A stretch of DNA of 48,837 bases from Candidatus Copromorpha sp. (GTDB lineage Bacteria > Bacillota > Clostridia > Peptostreptococcales > Anaerovoracaceae), in the NCBI GenBank assembly GCA_045114655.1, contig JBGUKV010000055.1, positions 1 to 48,837 of the forward strand, read 5' to 3'. Both the position numbers and the translations under genes were made by a program. Each line of letters starts with the position of its first letter. Position 1 is the first letter of the stretch. Shown piece after piece: positions 37,546 through 46,834 of this stretch. Under the pieces are notes generated by a model. That model was given only the letters and a program-made list of their open reading frames with translations. It did no database searches and was not told the DNA's origin.

Positions 37546-38535
37546 TTATTTCTGTATCCAGTCCAGATCGCGCATGGCCGGGAATCCATACGCCCCTTCA
37601 GCGCTCTCTGCTGCCCGGATGATTGCTTCACTCATGACTTCCGCGGCAAGCGTTCCGACCAGATCCTGATCGACCGGTTCGCTGCCCACTGAAACCGCAT
37701 AGATGCTGTCGCCGTCTGCGGATGTATGGACCGGCCGGATGGACCGGGCGTATCCGTTATGCGCCATGCTTGCGATCTTACACAACTGCGTTTTGTTGAA
37801 GGCCACGTTCGTGACCACGACGCCGATCGTCGTGTTGCCGGTGAATTTGTTTTCGACGACGTCCAGACTCTGCGACATGAGTTCCACGGTGTCGCGGAAG
37901 CCTTTGCCGTCTTCCGTCAGGAGACCTGCGATTTTCTGTCCGTTCTTCCAGTCATAGATGTCGCCCAGGGCGTTCAGCGCCACAATCGCGCCGATCCTAA
38001 AGGATCCAATCTCGATCGCGTAGCTTCCGATGCCGGTCTTCATGCAGCATTCCATACCGGCCATTTTTCCGACCGTCGCGCCGCACCCGGCGCCGTAATT
38101 GCCGTCCCGGTAATTGGGCGCTTCCATCGCCAGTCTCGCCGCTTCATAGCCCATCTCCGGCTGCGGCCTGACATCGCTTCTTCCCACGGTCAGATCAAAC
38201 AGATCCGACTGAGCTACCAAAGGCACCTTCGTGACGCCCACATCGAAGCCGATGTCATGCTCCTCCAGATACTGCATCACACCGCTTGCCGCGCCAAGAC
38301 CGAATGCACTGCCGCCGCCCAGCAGGACAGCGTGGATGGTCTGCGCTGCCGTCTGCGGATCCAGCAGATGCGTATCTCGGGACGCGGGACCGCCACCCCT
38401 GACGTCCAGTCCGGCACACATGCCTTCTTCAGATATGAGCACTGTGCATCCAGTCGCCGCATCGCGGTCTTCTGTCTGTCCTATATGAATATTGCCGACT
38501 TCCTGGATCGGGATTTCTTTTCGAACCATTGCCAT
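37546..38535 (-). CDS. P1/S58-family peptidase (DmpA-like aminopeptidase)
   Basis: TGCTV, DVRGGGP, GGSAFGL, G..GAG.GAT.GK, NA.GD, NTTIG, P.HT..DGD. Confidence 0.85.
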   Translation of the reverse strand: MAMVRKEIPIQEVGNIHIGQTEDRDAATGCTVLISEEGMCAGLDVRGGGPASRDTHLLDPQTAAQTIHAVLLGGGSAFGLGAASGVMQYLEEHDIGFDVGVTKVPLVAQSDLFDLTVGRSDVRPQPEMGYEAARLAMEAPNYRDGNYGAGCGATVGKMAGMECCMKTGIGSYAIEIGSFRIGAIVALNALGDIYDWKNGQKIAGLLTEDGKGFRDTVELMSQSLDVVENKFTGNTTIGVVVTNVAFNKTQLCKIASMAHNGYARSIRPVHTSADGDSIYAVSVGSEPVDQDLVGTLAAEVMSEAIIRAAESAEGAYGFPAMRDLDWIQK

Positions 38536-38556
38536 GTTATGTTGTATTCTCCTTTA

Positions 38557-39240
38557 TCAGTCTGATGACGTCGGGATATACTTGGCGATCTGCTGGGCAA
38601 CATTCGGAAGCGGCAGCGTCTGCAGCCAGATGTTTCCCGGACCTTCTACGATCGTATTGAAAAGCCCTTCTCCGCCGAACATGATATTCTTCGCGCCCTT
38701 GATGCGCTCGATGCGGAAGTTTACACTGCTTCCCATGATCGCCAAATGCGGACCATCGATAACTTTGACCTGTCCCGGAGCCAGCTCATATTTCTCAAGC
38801 GCGCCATCGATTTCGAGGAACACCGTGCCGGGACCTGTGAAGCGCTGCATGATGAATCCCATGCCGCCGAACAGCCCGCCTCCGATCTTCTCATGCACAT
38901 GTATTGCCACGTCTACGGATTGTTCACATGCCAGGAACGCATTTTTCTGTGCGATGATCGTCTGCCCTGCCTGCAGCTGGATCGGGATGATGCATCCCGG
39001 GAAGGACGATGAGAACACGATCTCTCCCTGGTCCGTTTTGCACTCAAACCGGTTAAAGAATATCTTCTCGCCTGAAAGCGCTCTGCCCAGGGCTCTTCCC
39101 AGACCGCCGCCGCCTTCTGTGGACATTTCCAGACCTCTGTCCATCCAGCTCATGGATCCGCCTTCGCATTTCATGGCTTCCCCCTTCTGCAGCATGCATC
39201 TGACTGCCGGGAAAGCTCCGCCGATGATTTCGTAATTCAT
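38557..39240 (-). CDS. AIM24/TIGR00266-family protein
   Basis: E.G.M.W, R.LSGE.IF, PG.I, FLA, FGG.GF.MQ, G.G.VF, FGGEG.F, GPG.IWLQ. Confidence 0.85.
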   Translation of the reverse strand: MNYEIIGGAFPAVRCMLQKGEAMKCEGGSMSWMDRGLEMSTEGGGGLGRALGRALSGEKIFFNRFECKTDQGEIVFSSSFPGCIIPIQLQAGQTIIAQKNAFLACEQSVDVAIHVHEKIGGGLFGGMGFIMQRFTGPGTVFLEIDGALEKYELAPGQVKVIDGPHLAIMGSSVNFRIERIKGAKNIMFGGEGLFNTIVEGPGNIWLQTLPLPNVAQQIAKYIPTSSD

Positions 39241-39337
39241 ATTGTTCCTCTCTTTTTTCCCTGATTTTATCTAACTTATGTCGTATATTTTAGCAGAGGC
39301 CCTGTTGGTTAATCAAGGGCAATCAGCTGTTCCACTG

Positions 39338-40315
39338 TCACAGTTCCTTGTATTCCAGGCTCCGCCTGCCGGTCTCTGCCGGCTGCCCGTCGGGGTATCC
39401 AATGGTCACGACGCCGATGACATAGCAACGCTCATCCAGCCCCAAGGCGCTGCGCATTTCGTTCTGATCGAACCAACCGGTCCAGCAGGCGCCAAGGCCC
39501 ATGTGCTCTGCCTGGAGGAGAATGTGTTCCGTCGCGATGGCGCTGTCACGGATGACGCGCTCCATATCACCGTCTCCCCTGTACTTCTCATTTCCGATGC
39601 ACACAATGAAGACCGGCGCCGTCAGCATCCACTTCTGGTTGTGATCGATAGAGCTGATCTTTTCGCGCATCTGGTAGGACCGGACCACGATGAAGTCCCA
39701 CGGCTGTTTGTTGGAACCAGACGGCGCGAGCCTGGCCGCTTCAATGAGGCAATCGACCTGTTCGTCGGTAACCTCTTCATCTGAATAGCTGCGGATACTC
39801 CTGCGGTTTGCGATCTCGGGCAGGATCCTCGGCTTGTTTTCCCGTACCGCAAAGGCTTTCTCATCAATGGCGCGCATGGTCGAGAGGATCCCGTCCAGAT
39901 GATCATATTCGTGCTGGATCAGTTCCGACATGTCATCATCCATACGCATCTCTCTGTCCTCCCAGCTTTCATCCTTGTACCGGAGGATGCAGTGGCGGTA
40001 GCGTTGCACGCGCACCAGCAGGTTCGGGAATGACATGCAGTCATCCATGACCTCCATCATCTCATCCCCCACAAATTCCAGGGTCGGGTTGATGAACACA
40101 TAGGGTTTGTCCGTCAGCATGCAGATCAGACGCTTCTGCACGCCGATCTGCGGCGCTGCAATCGCCCGCCCGAATCCATAGTCGCGCTGAATCCGACTGA
40201 TGCAGTCGAACAGATCTGTGAAGACAGGCCGCAGCTCTTCCAGTTCTTCACGCGTTACTTCTTCTGAGACCTCATAAAGGCGCGGGTCCCCCAACAGCAG
40301 TATTTCTCGTTCCAT
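39338..40315 (-). CDS. Fusion: peptide deformylase-like domain + nitroreductase
   Basis: N-half GDPRL, AIAAPQIG, INP, DDCMSFP, QHEYDHLDG; C-half RRSIRSY, APSGSNKQPW.F, GLGACW, IGYP; single ORF. Confidence 0.85.
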   Translation of the reverse strand: MEREILLLGDPRLYEVSEEVTREELEELRPVFTDLFDCISRIQRDYGFGRAIAAPQIGVQKRLICMLTDKPYVFINPTLEFVGDEMMEVMDDCMSFPNLLVRVQRYRHCILRYKDESWEDREMRMDDDMSELIQHEYDHLDGILSTMRAIDEKAFAVRENKPRILPEIANRRSIRSYSDEEVTDEQVDCLIEAARLAPSGSNKQPWDFIVVRSYQMREKISSIDHNQKWMLTAPVFIVCIGNEKYRGDGDMERVIRDSAIATEHILLQAEHMGLGACWTGWFDQNEMRSALGLDERCYVIGVVTIGYPDGQPAETGRRSLEYKEL

Positions 40316-40338
40316 TTTAATTCTTCCTCCTACAACAG

Positions 40339-40857
40339 TCACGATGCCAATGTAAACTCCCACGCACAGCAGCCTTCCCGCTCGCTCTCTGTGATGTCCG
40401 GGTAGCAGCTGATGCATTTGCATGAAATGCGGTCGTCGATCACCTTCGCAAATTCCGCGTATTCGATCTCCCCGATCGCCTTGCACGGATGCCACTCCAT
40501 GCCTTTGCGGCTCCGCGCCCGCTGGACGCGGCAGTTGAGCGTTCTGTATATCATCCTGTTTCCTTCGATGATGTACGCTTCGTCATTCAAGTTGGCGTAC
40601 AGCCGGAACCGCATGGCCTTCTCCAGCCCTTCGAGTCCGGCTCTGTCCGGCAGCCCGAGGAACTCCTTGATCCGCTTCGCTTCTGTCACCGTGAAGGATC
40701 TCCATATTTCTTTGTCGCAGTCCATGGCGCCGTCCATCCCGTGCCGCCGTTCGACCGCCTGGAACCATAGGCCGTCGCAGGCCAGCCAGTTCTTCGAGTA
40801 GATTTCCGCCAGCTCTATGAGCTGTTCCTTACTTAATTTCTTCAGTTCTTCATTCAT
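40339..40857 (-). CDS. DUF6125-like Cys-containing protein
   Basis: KNWLA.DG.WF..VE, EA.RI, CRVQ.AR.RKG...HPCK, C..C.PD, C.WEF. Confidence 0.7.
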   Translation of the reverse strand: MNEELKKLSKEQLIELAEIYSKNWLACDGLWFQAVERRHGMDGAMDCDKEIWRSFTVTEAKRIKEFLGLPDRAGLEGLEKAMRFRLYANLNDEAYIIEGNRMIYRTLNCRVQRARSRKGMEWHPCKAIGEIEYAEFAKVIDDRISCKCISCYPDITESEREGCCAWEFTLAS

Positions 40858-41530
40858 TGTCTAACTCCTCAAGTTTTTGTGTTGCGGCTTTCTTCCCAAT
40901 CGCTTCGTTGATCTCTATGACCAGCACAATAGCTACAATGGCCAGACACCAAGCAGCCAAGACATCCGTCGGATAGTGCACGCCAAGGTAGATCCGCGTC
41001 GGTCCGATCAGAAACATTGGAATCGCCAGAAGGATCGTCAGAACCCTCCGCACAACCGGATTCTTCACGTGCCGCCAGACCAGCCAGATGGCCAAACCGT
41101 AAAAGAACAGGCTGGTGATGGAATGCCCGCTCGGAAAGGAATGCCCGTGTTCTGTCACAAGGTGCAGCACGTCCGGACGCGCGCGCTGCACGAGGTGTTT
41201 GATGGTGGAGTTCACAATCGTTACACACAGCGCACCGGCAGACAGCGGAATCCCAAACCGCATGCGAGTCTGCGGAATGATCAGCAGCAGAATGCAGATG
41301 CCTATGACGAATCTCTTATCTGCCATCATCGTGATCGCAACAGCGATCTCGGTGAGCCACTCTGCGCGGAGACCGTAAAAGAACTCCCTAACCGGATCGT
41401 CAAAACCGGCTGTGTGCTCTGTCAGGACGCAAATAAGAAGCACAACAAAGACCGCCAGCGCGGCTGCACCCGCGATCCTTCGGATCGTCACGTATTTCTT
41501 TGTTTCGTTTCTCTCGTTCAGGTTCATCAT
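40850..41530 (-). CDS. PAP2-family membrane phosphatase
   Basis: K....R.RP, SFPSGH, TRIYLGVHYPTDV. Confidence 0.9.
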   Translation of the reverse strand: MMNLNERNETKKYVTIRRIAGAAALAVFVVLLICVLTEHTAGFDDPVREFFYGLRAEWLTEIAVAITMMADKRFVIGICILLLIIPQTRMRFGIPLSAGALCVTIVNSTIKHLVQRARPDVLHLVTEHGHSFPSGHSITSLFFYGLAIWLVWRHVKNPVVRRVLTILLAIPMFLIGPTRIYLGVHYPTDVLAAWCLAIVAIVLVIEINEAIGKKAATQKLEELDNE

Positions 41531-42396
41531 ATCGTCAGCATCTTCGTTGCCATATCGACGAATTTTCTCACGGCAGGCGTTGCATTTTTTAATGAGGAAA
41601 TCGCGATGCCGAAGGTAATGTGCTGTGGCGGGTCAACGGGTATTTTAACAACATCGTAGTCGAGTCTCTCGGTAATCAACCCGTTCATGATGCTCATGCC
41701 CAGACCCTGTTCGATCATCGCGATAGCCGAAAAGTTCTCATGAGTCTGGAGACCGACCTTCAAAGTCAGATCATTCTCCTTGATCATGTTTGTGACATCC
41801 TCATCCATGCCCTGCGCCGGCATGATAAAAATCTCCTCTTCGCATTTTTTCAGCGGATACTTTTTTCTCTTTGCCATCGGATGGCCTTTGTATAATACGG
41901 CAAGCATCGGGTCATCGGCGAGCGGAATCCACTCAAAATCCATCGGCTCCTTGTAACTCATGAACGCCATATCCGCTTTCTTATTCAACAGCAGCTCCTC
42001 TACTTCCTGGCGCACGCCTTCATGAAGATGGATCTCAATACCGGGGTATTGCTTTTGAAACTCCTTGATGACTGCCGGCAGCCAGTGCGTTGCGATACTG
42101 GAATACGCCGCGATGTTTACCGTTCCGACCGCAAGTCCTCTGACCTCCGCGGCCAGTTGTTCTATCGCGGCTTCATGGTGCAGCAGTTCCCTGACAGCAG
42201 GCATAAAGCGCTTTCCCTCCTCGGTCAGCGTGACGCCCCTCTTGTTTCTATGCAAAAGCTGCGCACCGATTTCATTCTCAAATGCCTGTATCAATTGGCT
42301 GACGCCCGAAGGCGTATAGCTCAACTCCTCTGCCGCTTTTGTAATAGAGCCTGTTTCTGCAGCATACAGAAAGGCTTTGCATCTTGCAGTTTCCAT
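41527..42396 (-). CDS. LysR-family transcriptional regulator
   Basis: GSITKAAEEL.YT.SGVSQ.I..FE.E.G..LL.R..RGV.LT.EG; C-terminal substrate-binding domain. Confidence 0.93.
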   Translation of the reverse strand: METARCKAFLYAAETGSITKAAEELSYTPSGVSQLIQAFENEIGAQLLHRNKRGVTLTEEGKRFMPAVRELLHHEAAIEQLAAEVRGLAVGTVNIAAYSSIATHWLPAVIKEFQKQYPGIEIHLHEGVRQEVEELLLNKKADMAFMSYKEPMDFEWIPLADDPMLAVLYKGHPMAKRKKYPLKKCEEEIFIMPAQGMDEDVTNMIKENDLTLKVGLQTHENFSAIAMIEQGLGMSIMNGLITERLDYDVVKIPVDPPQHITFGIAISSLKNATPAVRKFVDMATKMLTI

Positions 42397-42510
42397 ACCT
42401 TTTCCTTAAGTTTCACTTCATCTATTTTTAACGTTTTATAGATTTACTTTATTATCTCCTTTTGCTACAATACAGTCAAGTTAAAACACAAAGGATTTTA
42501 GAAAAAAGCC

Positions 42511-43329
42511 ATGACGAAACAACAACTGACGCATTTCATTCAATCATACATCTCAGCCTACCAGCAGCGGGAGGAGATTGCCACATGTTACGGCGAACCA
42601 CTTGTGGGTTTCGCAGACGCATGGCATCCCTACATCCAGAGTCTGCCGCGGGTCGTCAGCCCTACCCATGAACTGCCGCAGAACATCCTTCCCGACGTGA
42701 AGACCATCATCGCGTACTACGTGCCCTTCACGAAGGAACTCGCAAAATCAAACCGCATCAGCGGGATCACTGCCTCCCTTGAGTGGGCCCGGGCTTATGA
42801 GGAAACCAATGCGCTCTTTGTGGAATTAAACGAAGAAATCATACGCTTCATTCATGCAAAAGCAGGACATGCCGGCATCACGCCAAAGGCTGTGACCTTC
42901 TACCAGAACCGGCTCATCAGCGACTGGTCCCAGAGGCACATCGCCTACGCGGCAGGGCTTGGCACCTTCGGCCTGAACAACATGCTGCTGACACGCTGCG
43001 GCTGCTGCGGCCGCTTCAGCACCGTCCTCACAAATCTGGATCTGGAGGCAGACCAGCCTCTGACAGAAGAATACTGTCTGTATAAGAAAAATGGCACCTG
43101 CGGTGCCTGTGTGAAGCATTGCCCGACCGGTGCTCTGACCTATGATGGATATGACCGGTTCAAATGCTACGCGGTCTGTCAGGAGAACGCGAAGATCTAC
43201 ACGCAGTTCGGCAGTTCCTATACGAATGAAGACGGCAGCGGTTCGAACAGTGTCGGCAGCGAAGTCTGCGGCAAGTGCATCACCGGTTCGCCCTGCGCGT
43301 TCTGGAATCTCCCACACGGAGAAAAATGA
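42511..43329 (+). CDS. Epoxyqueuosine reductase (QueG)/reductive dehalogenase-like 4Fe-4S protein
   Basis: WSQRH.AYAAGLG.FG.N, G..GR..TV.T, C..CVKHCP.GAL, C...C, CGKC...PC. Confidence 0.75.
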   Translation: MTKQQLTHFIQSYISAYQQREEIATCYGEPLVGFADAWHPYIQSLPRVVSPTHELPQNILPDVKTIIAYYVPFTKELAKSNRISGITASLEWARAYEETNALFVELNEEIIRFIHAKAGHAGITPKAVTFYQNRLISDWSQRHIAYAAGLGTFGLNNMLLTRCGCCGRFSTVLTNLDLEADQPLTEEYCLYKKNGTCGACVKHCPTGALTYDGYDRFKCYAVCQENAKIYTQFGSSYTNEDGSGSNSVGSEVCGKCITGSPCAFWNLPHGEK

Positions 43330-43356
43330 AAAAGCCGGAGATGTTCCGAAAATATA

Positions 43357-43386
43357 CCCCGGGAATACCGTTCAATATTCCCGGGG
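43357..43386. terminator. Hairpin terminator between convergent genes
   Basis: Perfect 11-bp stem CCCCGGGAATA-N8-TATTCCCGGGG with A/T-rich flanks. Confidence 0.7.
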
Positions 43387-43452
43387 CTATTTATTTTCAG
43401 TCAATGCGGTTTTGACCTGCAGATCCGCTTAACCGTTTGATGTCGTTTCTCT

Positions 43453-46332
43453 TTACTTCACAGTAACTGTTATTTTCTTGTAAATGCAGTTATGCGTGTA
43501 AGCATAGACGAAACATGTTCCCTTTGCTTTTGCCGTGATCTTGCCGCCGGCGCTTACGGTTGCCACCTTCTTGTTGGAGGTCATGTAGCGAACCGTCTTC
43601 ACATGCGTCTTGGGCATCAGTTTCTTGTTCTTCTTCACCTTTGTGATTTTGGTCTTGATCTTGAAGGTCTTGCCTTTTTTGAGAGCGACCTTCGTCTTGT
43701 TCACTGTCAGTGCTTTGGCGTTACTATACTTCTTGGAGGCCCCGGAGGTGTAGGAGTGCGTCAGCGGGCTGGTCTTGATGTATTTCTTCTTGCCGTTCTT
43801 CACCGTGTAGGCTTTGACGTACGCCTTGTATGCGGTCTTTTTCTTCAGACCTGTCTTGGTCCACTTCAGTGCCTTGCCTGCTTTGACGGTCTTGACCTTC
43901 TTCATGCCCTTTGTGCTGTCCTTGCCGTTGCATCTGTCGAAGTAGATGTCGTATCCCTTCGCGCCTTTGACTTTGTTCCATGTAATTGCAAGTCCTTTGC
44001 TTCCCTTTGCAGTTATTTTAGCAAACAACATACTGCTGACCTTGTCTCCAGGCTTCGGTGTTGGCGTTGGGGTTGGAGTTGCGTTGTTCTCCCACTGTGC
44101 GTAAAGGGTCGTATCCTTCGTCAGAGTGACTTCGGCGCCATCTTTGTAGCTGGTTCCTTTTCCGTCTTTCTGCGTATTCCATTCTTTGAAGGGGTGTTTG
44201 CTCCATGCGAATTCATTTGAAGCAAGAGTATCGACCAATCCTCCAAACATTTTCTGCGGATCCATTTTTCCCTGCGCCTCGCCGGAATTCTTATCATAAG
44301 TGACGGTTACCGGCACCGCCAGATAGACGACGGCCTTGCGCTGGACAGTGGAGTACTCCGGTACGTCGCTGCTGAATCTTGATGCGACGCTGTACGGATT
44401 AGGAACCTTACCTGTGATAGCGACCGGGGTTTCCGCAGCGGGTTTTGCCTCTGTGGTAGCACCGATCTCCGCCTTCTCACCTTTGTCGTTTTCGAGATTA
44501 TCCACTACGGTGATCGTCGCATTCTGATTGTTGTTTGTTGTAAGATATACGTTGTTGTCGCTTTCACCCGTCTGGTTACCTGTGATCTTAGGCGCGCCCT
44601 GCAGCGTAAGTGTTCCGGAAACGAAGATCCCGCCTCCGGTCTTGGTCGCCTTATTGCCGGTGACCACTCCGTCCTGAAGGGTGAGGCTGACATCAGTGCC
44701 AATTCTGATACCGCCACCGCCCCAGCTGTCCGAAGAATTACCGCCCGTGATTGTTCCAACGTGATTATCAACAGACGTGCCGATGATGGTTAGATCTAGT
44801 ATCGTGCGGAGATTCAAGACACAGCCATCCTCAGCCGCTTCTCCATTACTGAGGCCGCGGTCGAGGGTGATTCCGTTCAGATTCAGTGTGACTTTCTTTG
44901 GGTCATCACCATCCTCCGCTCCCCAGATATCCAGACAGGTATCGTCTTCGCCTGCTGTGATTTTATAGTCGCTGTCAAAGTCAAAGTCGCGGACATTTAT
45001 GGTGTCCCCATCCTGCACACGCAGCAGAGCGTTCTGCAGACTCTTCCACTCGTCAGTGCCCAGCTGTGCCTCTCCACTATCCGCAACATCTCCTGCGACC
45101 GGATATACACCCAGTCCCTCTCTGTTGCTGACAAAACAATCTGCTGTGCCGTTGTCTTTCAGACCGGTCGTAAAAATACCTTCATTGCGCACTATTCCTA
45201 TTGGGGTAGTGTTGGTCAGCTTGCCTGCAATGGTGATTTTCTTACCATCTTCCATCGCCACGTTATCGGGCGCCGTACTGGTACCATCTGATATCTTTGC
45301 TTTATTGTCCTTTATGATGGGATTACCTGACAGGTTGAATATACCCTCCATGAAATACACGCCGCCGCCTTTAACAGCCGCCATATTATCAGATATTTCG
45401 CCGTCTGACAGAGCTATATATCCAGTGTTTGCTTGTGCCTCTCCATCGCGCTGCAGATAAATACCGCCGCCATATTGAGCCGAATTTCCACTGATGACAC
45501 CGCCTTTCATTTCAAACACTCCGTGCCCTCTTACGCTTACAGCGCCGCCAGCGTCTGCATTGTTGAGGCTGATCGTTCCTCCGGTTTGATTAAACCGGCC
45601 GTTTCCATGCAGCGCAACACCGCCTCCATTTTTTGAATAGTTCGCACTGATGTAGCCGTCTGTCATGTCAAATAAGCCCATTGCGTCTACAGTTACGCCG
45701 CCGCCACAGTCATTATCCAGTCGATATGGATTGACATTGCCGATGATCGTACCGCCGTTCATGACAACATGACCGCCCGGATTGTCGGAACTTCCTCCTG
45801 TGACCAGGATTCCGCCGACGTTAACAGAGTCGGTTTTACCGGCGCCACCGGTGATATAGCCTCCGCTGACTTTCATTGTTCCGTTTCCGTTATTCAGCTC
45901 AGTTTCTTCACCTTTATCAGCAACTTCTGCCCCCCGCCAGTTATCCAGTGTAATATAATGCGTGCTTGATTTGTTGCTGTCCTGGATCGTCAAGGTTGTA
46001 TTTGTCCCGACAGTGATTACGCCTGCTAAGGTCTGGGACTGCATCATAATACCATATCCGTTCAAATCCAGTGTAGTATTGCCTTGGATATTCCAACTGT
46101 CACTGATAACTATATCCCCCGTAAGTTTGTAATACTTGTCATTACTTTCAACCGCCGGAAATTTGCCATTGTTAGCTTGGAGAACCGTTTGATCAACGTT
46201 TACCCATGGTTCTTCCGCATTCGCCGTTTCGCTCACTGCGAGAGTAACCGCAAACACAAGAGCAAGCAAGAACAGGAAATACAAAAGCATCTTGCTGCCC
46301 ATCTCAAATAGATGATTACATTTGCTTCTCAT
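43453..46332 (-). CDS. Secreted/surface protein (959 aa): GGG(I/V) beta-helix repeats, one InlB B-repeat, PT linker, basic FN3-like + Ig-like C-terminus
   Basis: Signal peptide ending ANA; repeats GG.IS.N.A..GGG(V/I); F.EWNT.KDG.G.SY..LYAQW; TPTPTPTP; Lys-rich end. Confidence 0.75.
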   Translation of the reverse strand: MRSKCNHLFEMGSKMLLYFLFLLALVFAVTLAVSETANAEEPWVNVDQTVLQANNGKFPAVESNDKYYKLTGDIVISDSWNIQGNTTLDLNGYGIMMQSQTLAGVITVGTNTTLTIQDSNKSSTHYITLDNWRGAEVADKGEETELNNGNGTMKVSGGYITGGAGKTDSVNVGGILVTGGSSDNPGGHVVMNGGTIIGNVNPYRLDNDCGGGVTVDAMGLFDMTDGYISANYSKNGGGVALHGNGRFNQTGGTISLNNADAGGAVSVRGHGVFEMKGGVISGNSAQYGGGIYLQRDGEAQANTGYIALSDGEISDNMAAVKGGGVYFMEGIFNLSGNPIIKDNKAKISDGTSTAPDNVAMEDGKKITIAGKLTNTTPIGIVRNEGIFTTGLKDNGTADCFVSNREGLGVYPVAGDVADSGEAQLGTDEWKSLQNALLRVQDGDTINVRDFDFDSDYKITAGEDDTCLDIWGAEDGDDPKKVTLNLNGITLDRGLSNGEAAEDGCVLNLRTILDLTIIGTSVDNHVGTITGGNSSDSWGGGGIRIGTDVSLTLQDGVVTGNKATKTGGGIFVSGTLTLQGAPKITGNQTGESDNNVYLTTNNNQNATITVVDNLENDKGEKAEIGATTEAKPAAETPVAITGKVPNPYSVASRFSSDVPEYSTVQRKAVVYLAVPVTVTYDKNSGEAQGKMDPQKMFGGLVDTLASNEFAWSKHPFKEWNTQKDGKGTSYKDGAEVTLTKDTTLYAQWENNATPTPTPTPKPGDKVSSMLFAKITAKGSKGLAITWNKVKGAKGYDIYFDRCNGKDSTKGMKKVKTVKAGKALKWTKTGLKKKTAYKAYVKAYTVKNGKKKYIKTSPLTHSYTSGASKKYSNAKALTVNKTKVALKKGKTFKIKTKITKVKKNKKLMPKTHVKTVRYMTSNKKVATVSAGGKITAKAKGTCFVYAYTHNCIYKKITVTVK

Positions 46333-46433
46333 GATAAAACTCCCTTTATACGAAACAATAATTATATGACGATTAATTCTATCACAGGCAAGACGACAAT
46401 TCTAACCAAAACTGTCGATAAGCAGTAACATAA

Positions 46434-46461
46434 CAGGAGATCCAATGATTTGGATCTCCTG
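46434..46461 (-). terminator. Perfect 12-bp hairpin downstream of the ferredoxin gene
   Basis: CAGGAGATCCAA-tgat-TTGGATCTCCTG. Confidence 0.6.
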
Positions 46462-46535
46462 AAACAACTCTTCATATAGTCTGCAGGCCCCAAGAAACTT
46501 CGGAGACCCGTTTTGTGGATTTTGCACCCGCTTCG

Positions 46536-46742
46536 CTATTCATCCTCTTCCCAGGTGCCGCCGCTGAGATAGATGCAGTGCGCCCAACAATCCCGCATGA
46601 TCTTCTGCACATAGTCGCGGTCCTGTTTGGGCGGTTCCGCATAGAGCTCGTAATCGCCTGTGTTCTGCAGGCAGGTAAAGGTAAGCGTCATGGTGCTGCA
46701 CGCACCGCAGCTAACACATTTGGTTCTGTCTATTACGATCAT
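46536..46742 (-). CDS. Small ferredoxin-like protein (68 aa)
   Basis: ID..KCVSCGAC ... CWAHCI; strong RBS GGGAGG. Confidence 0.65.
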   Translation of the reverse strand: MIVIDRTKCVSCGACSTMTLTFTCLQNTGDYELYAEPPKQDRDYVQKIMRDCWAHCIYLSGGTWEEDE

Positions 46743-46787
46743 TTTCTTATTCCTCCCAAGTCTTACGTAGATTATAACCGACTTGGA

Positions 46788-46824
46788 AAGAGACTGCCAC
46801 ACTAATTTAGCACGGCAGTCTCTT
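46788..46824 (-). terminator. Terminator-like hairpin after the DUF11-repeat gene
   Basis: AAGAGACTGCC-N15-GGCAGTCTCTT. Confidence 0.65.
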
Positions 46825-46834
46825 AACTGTTGTT

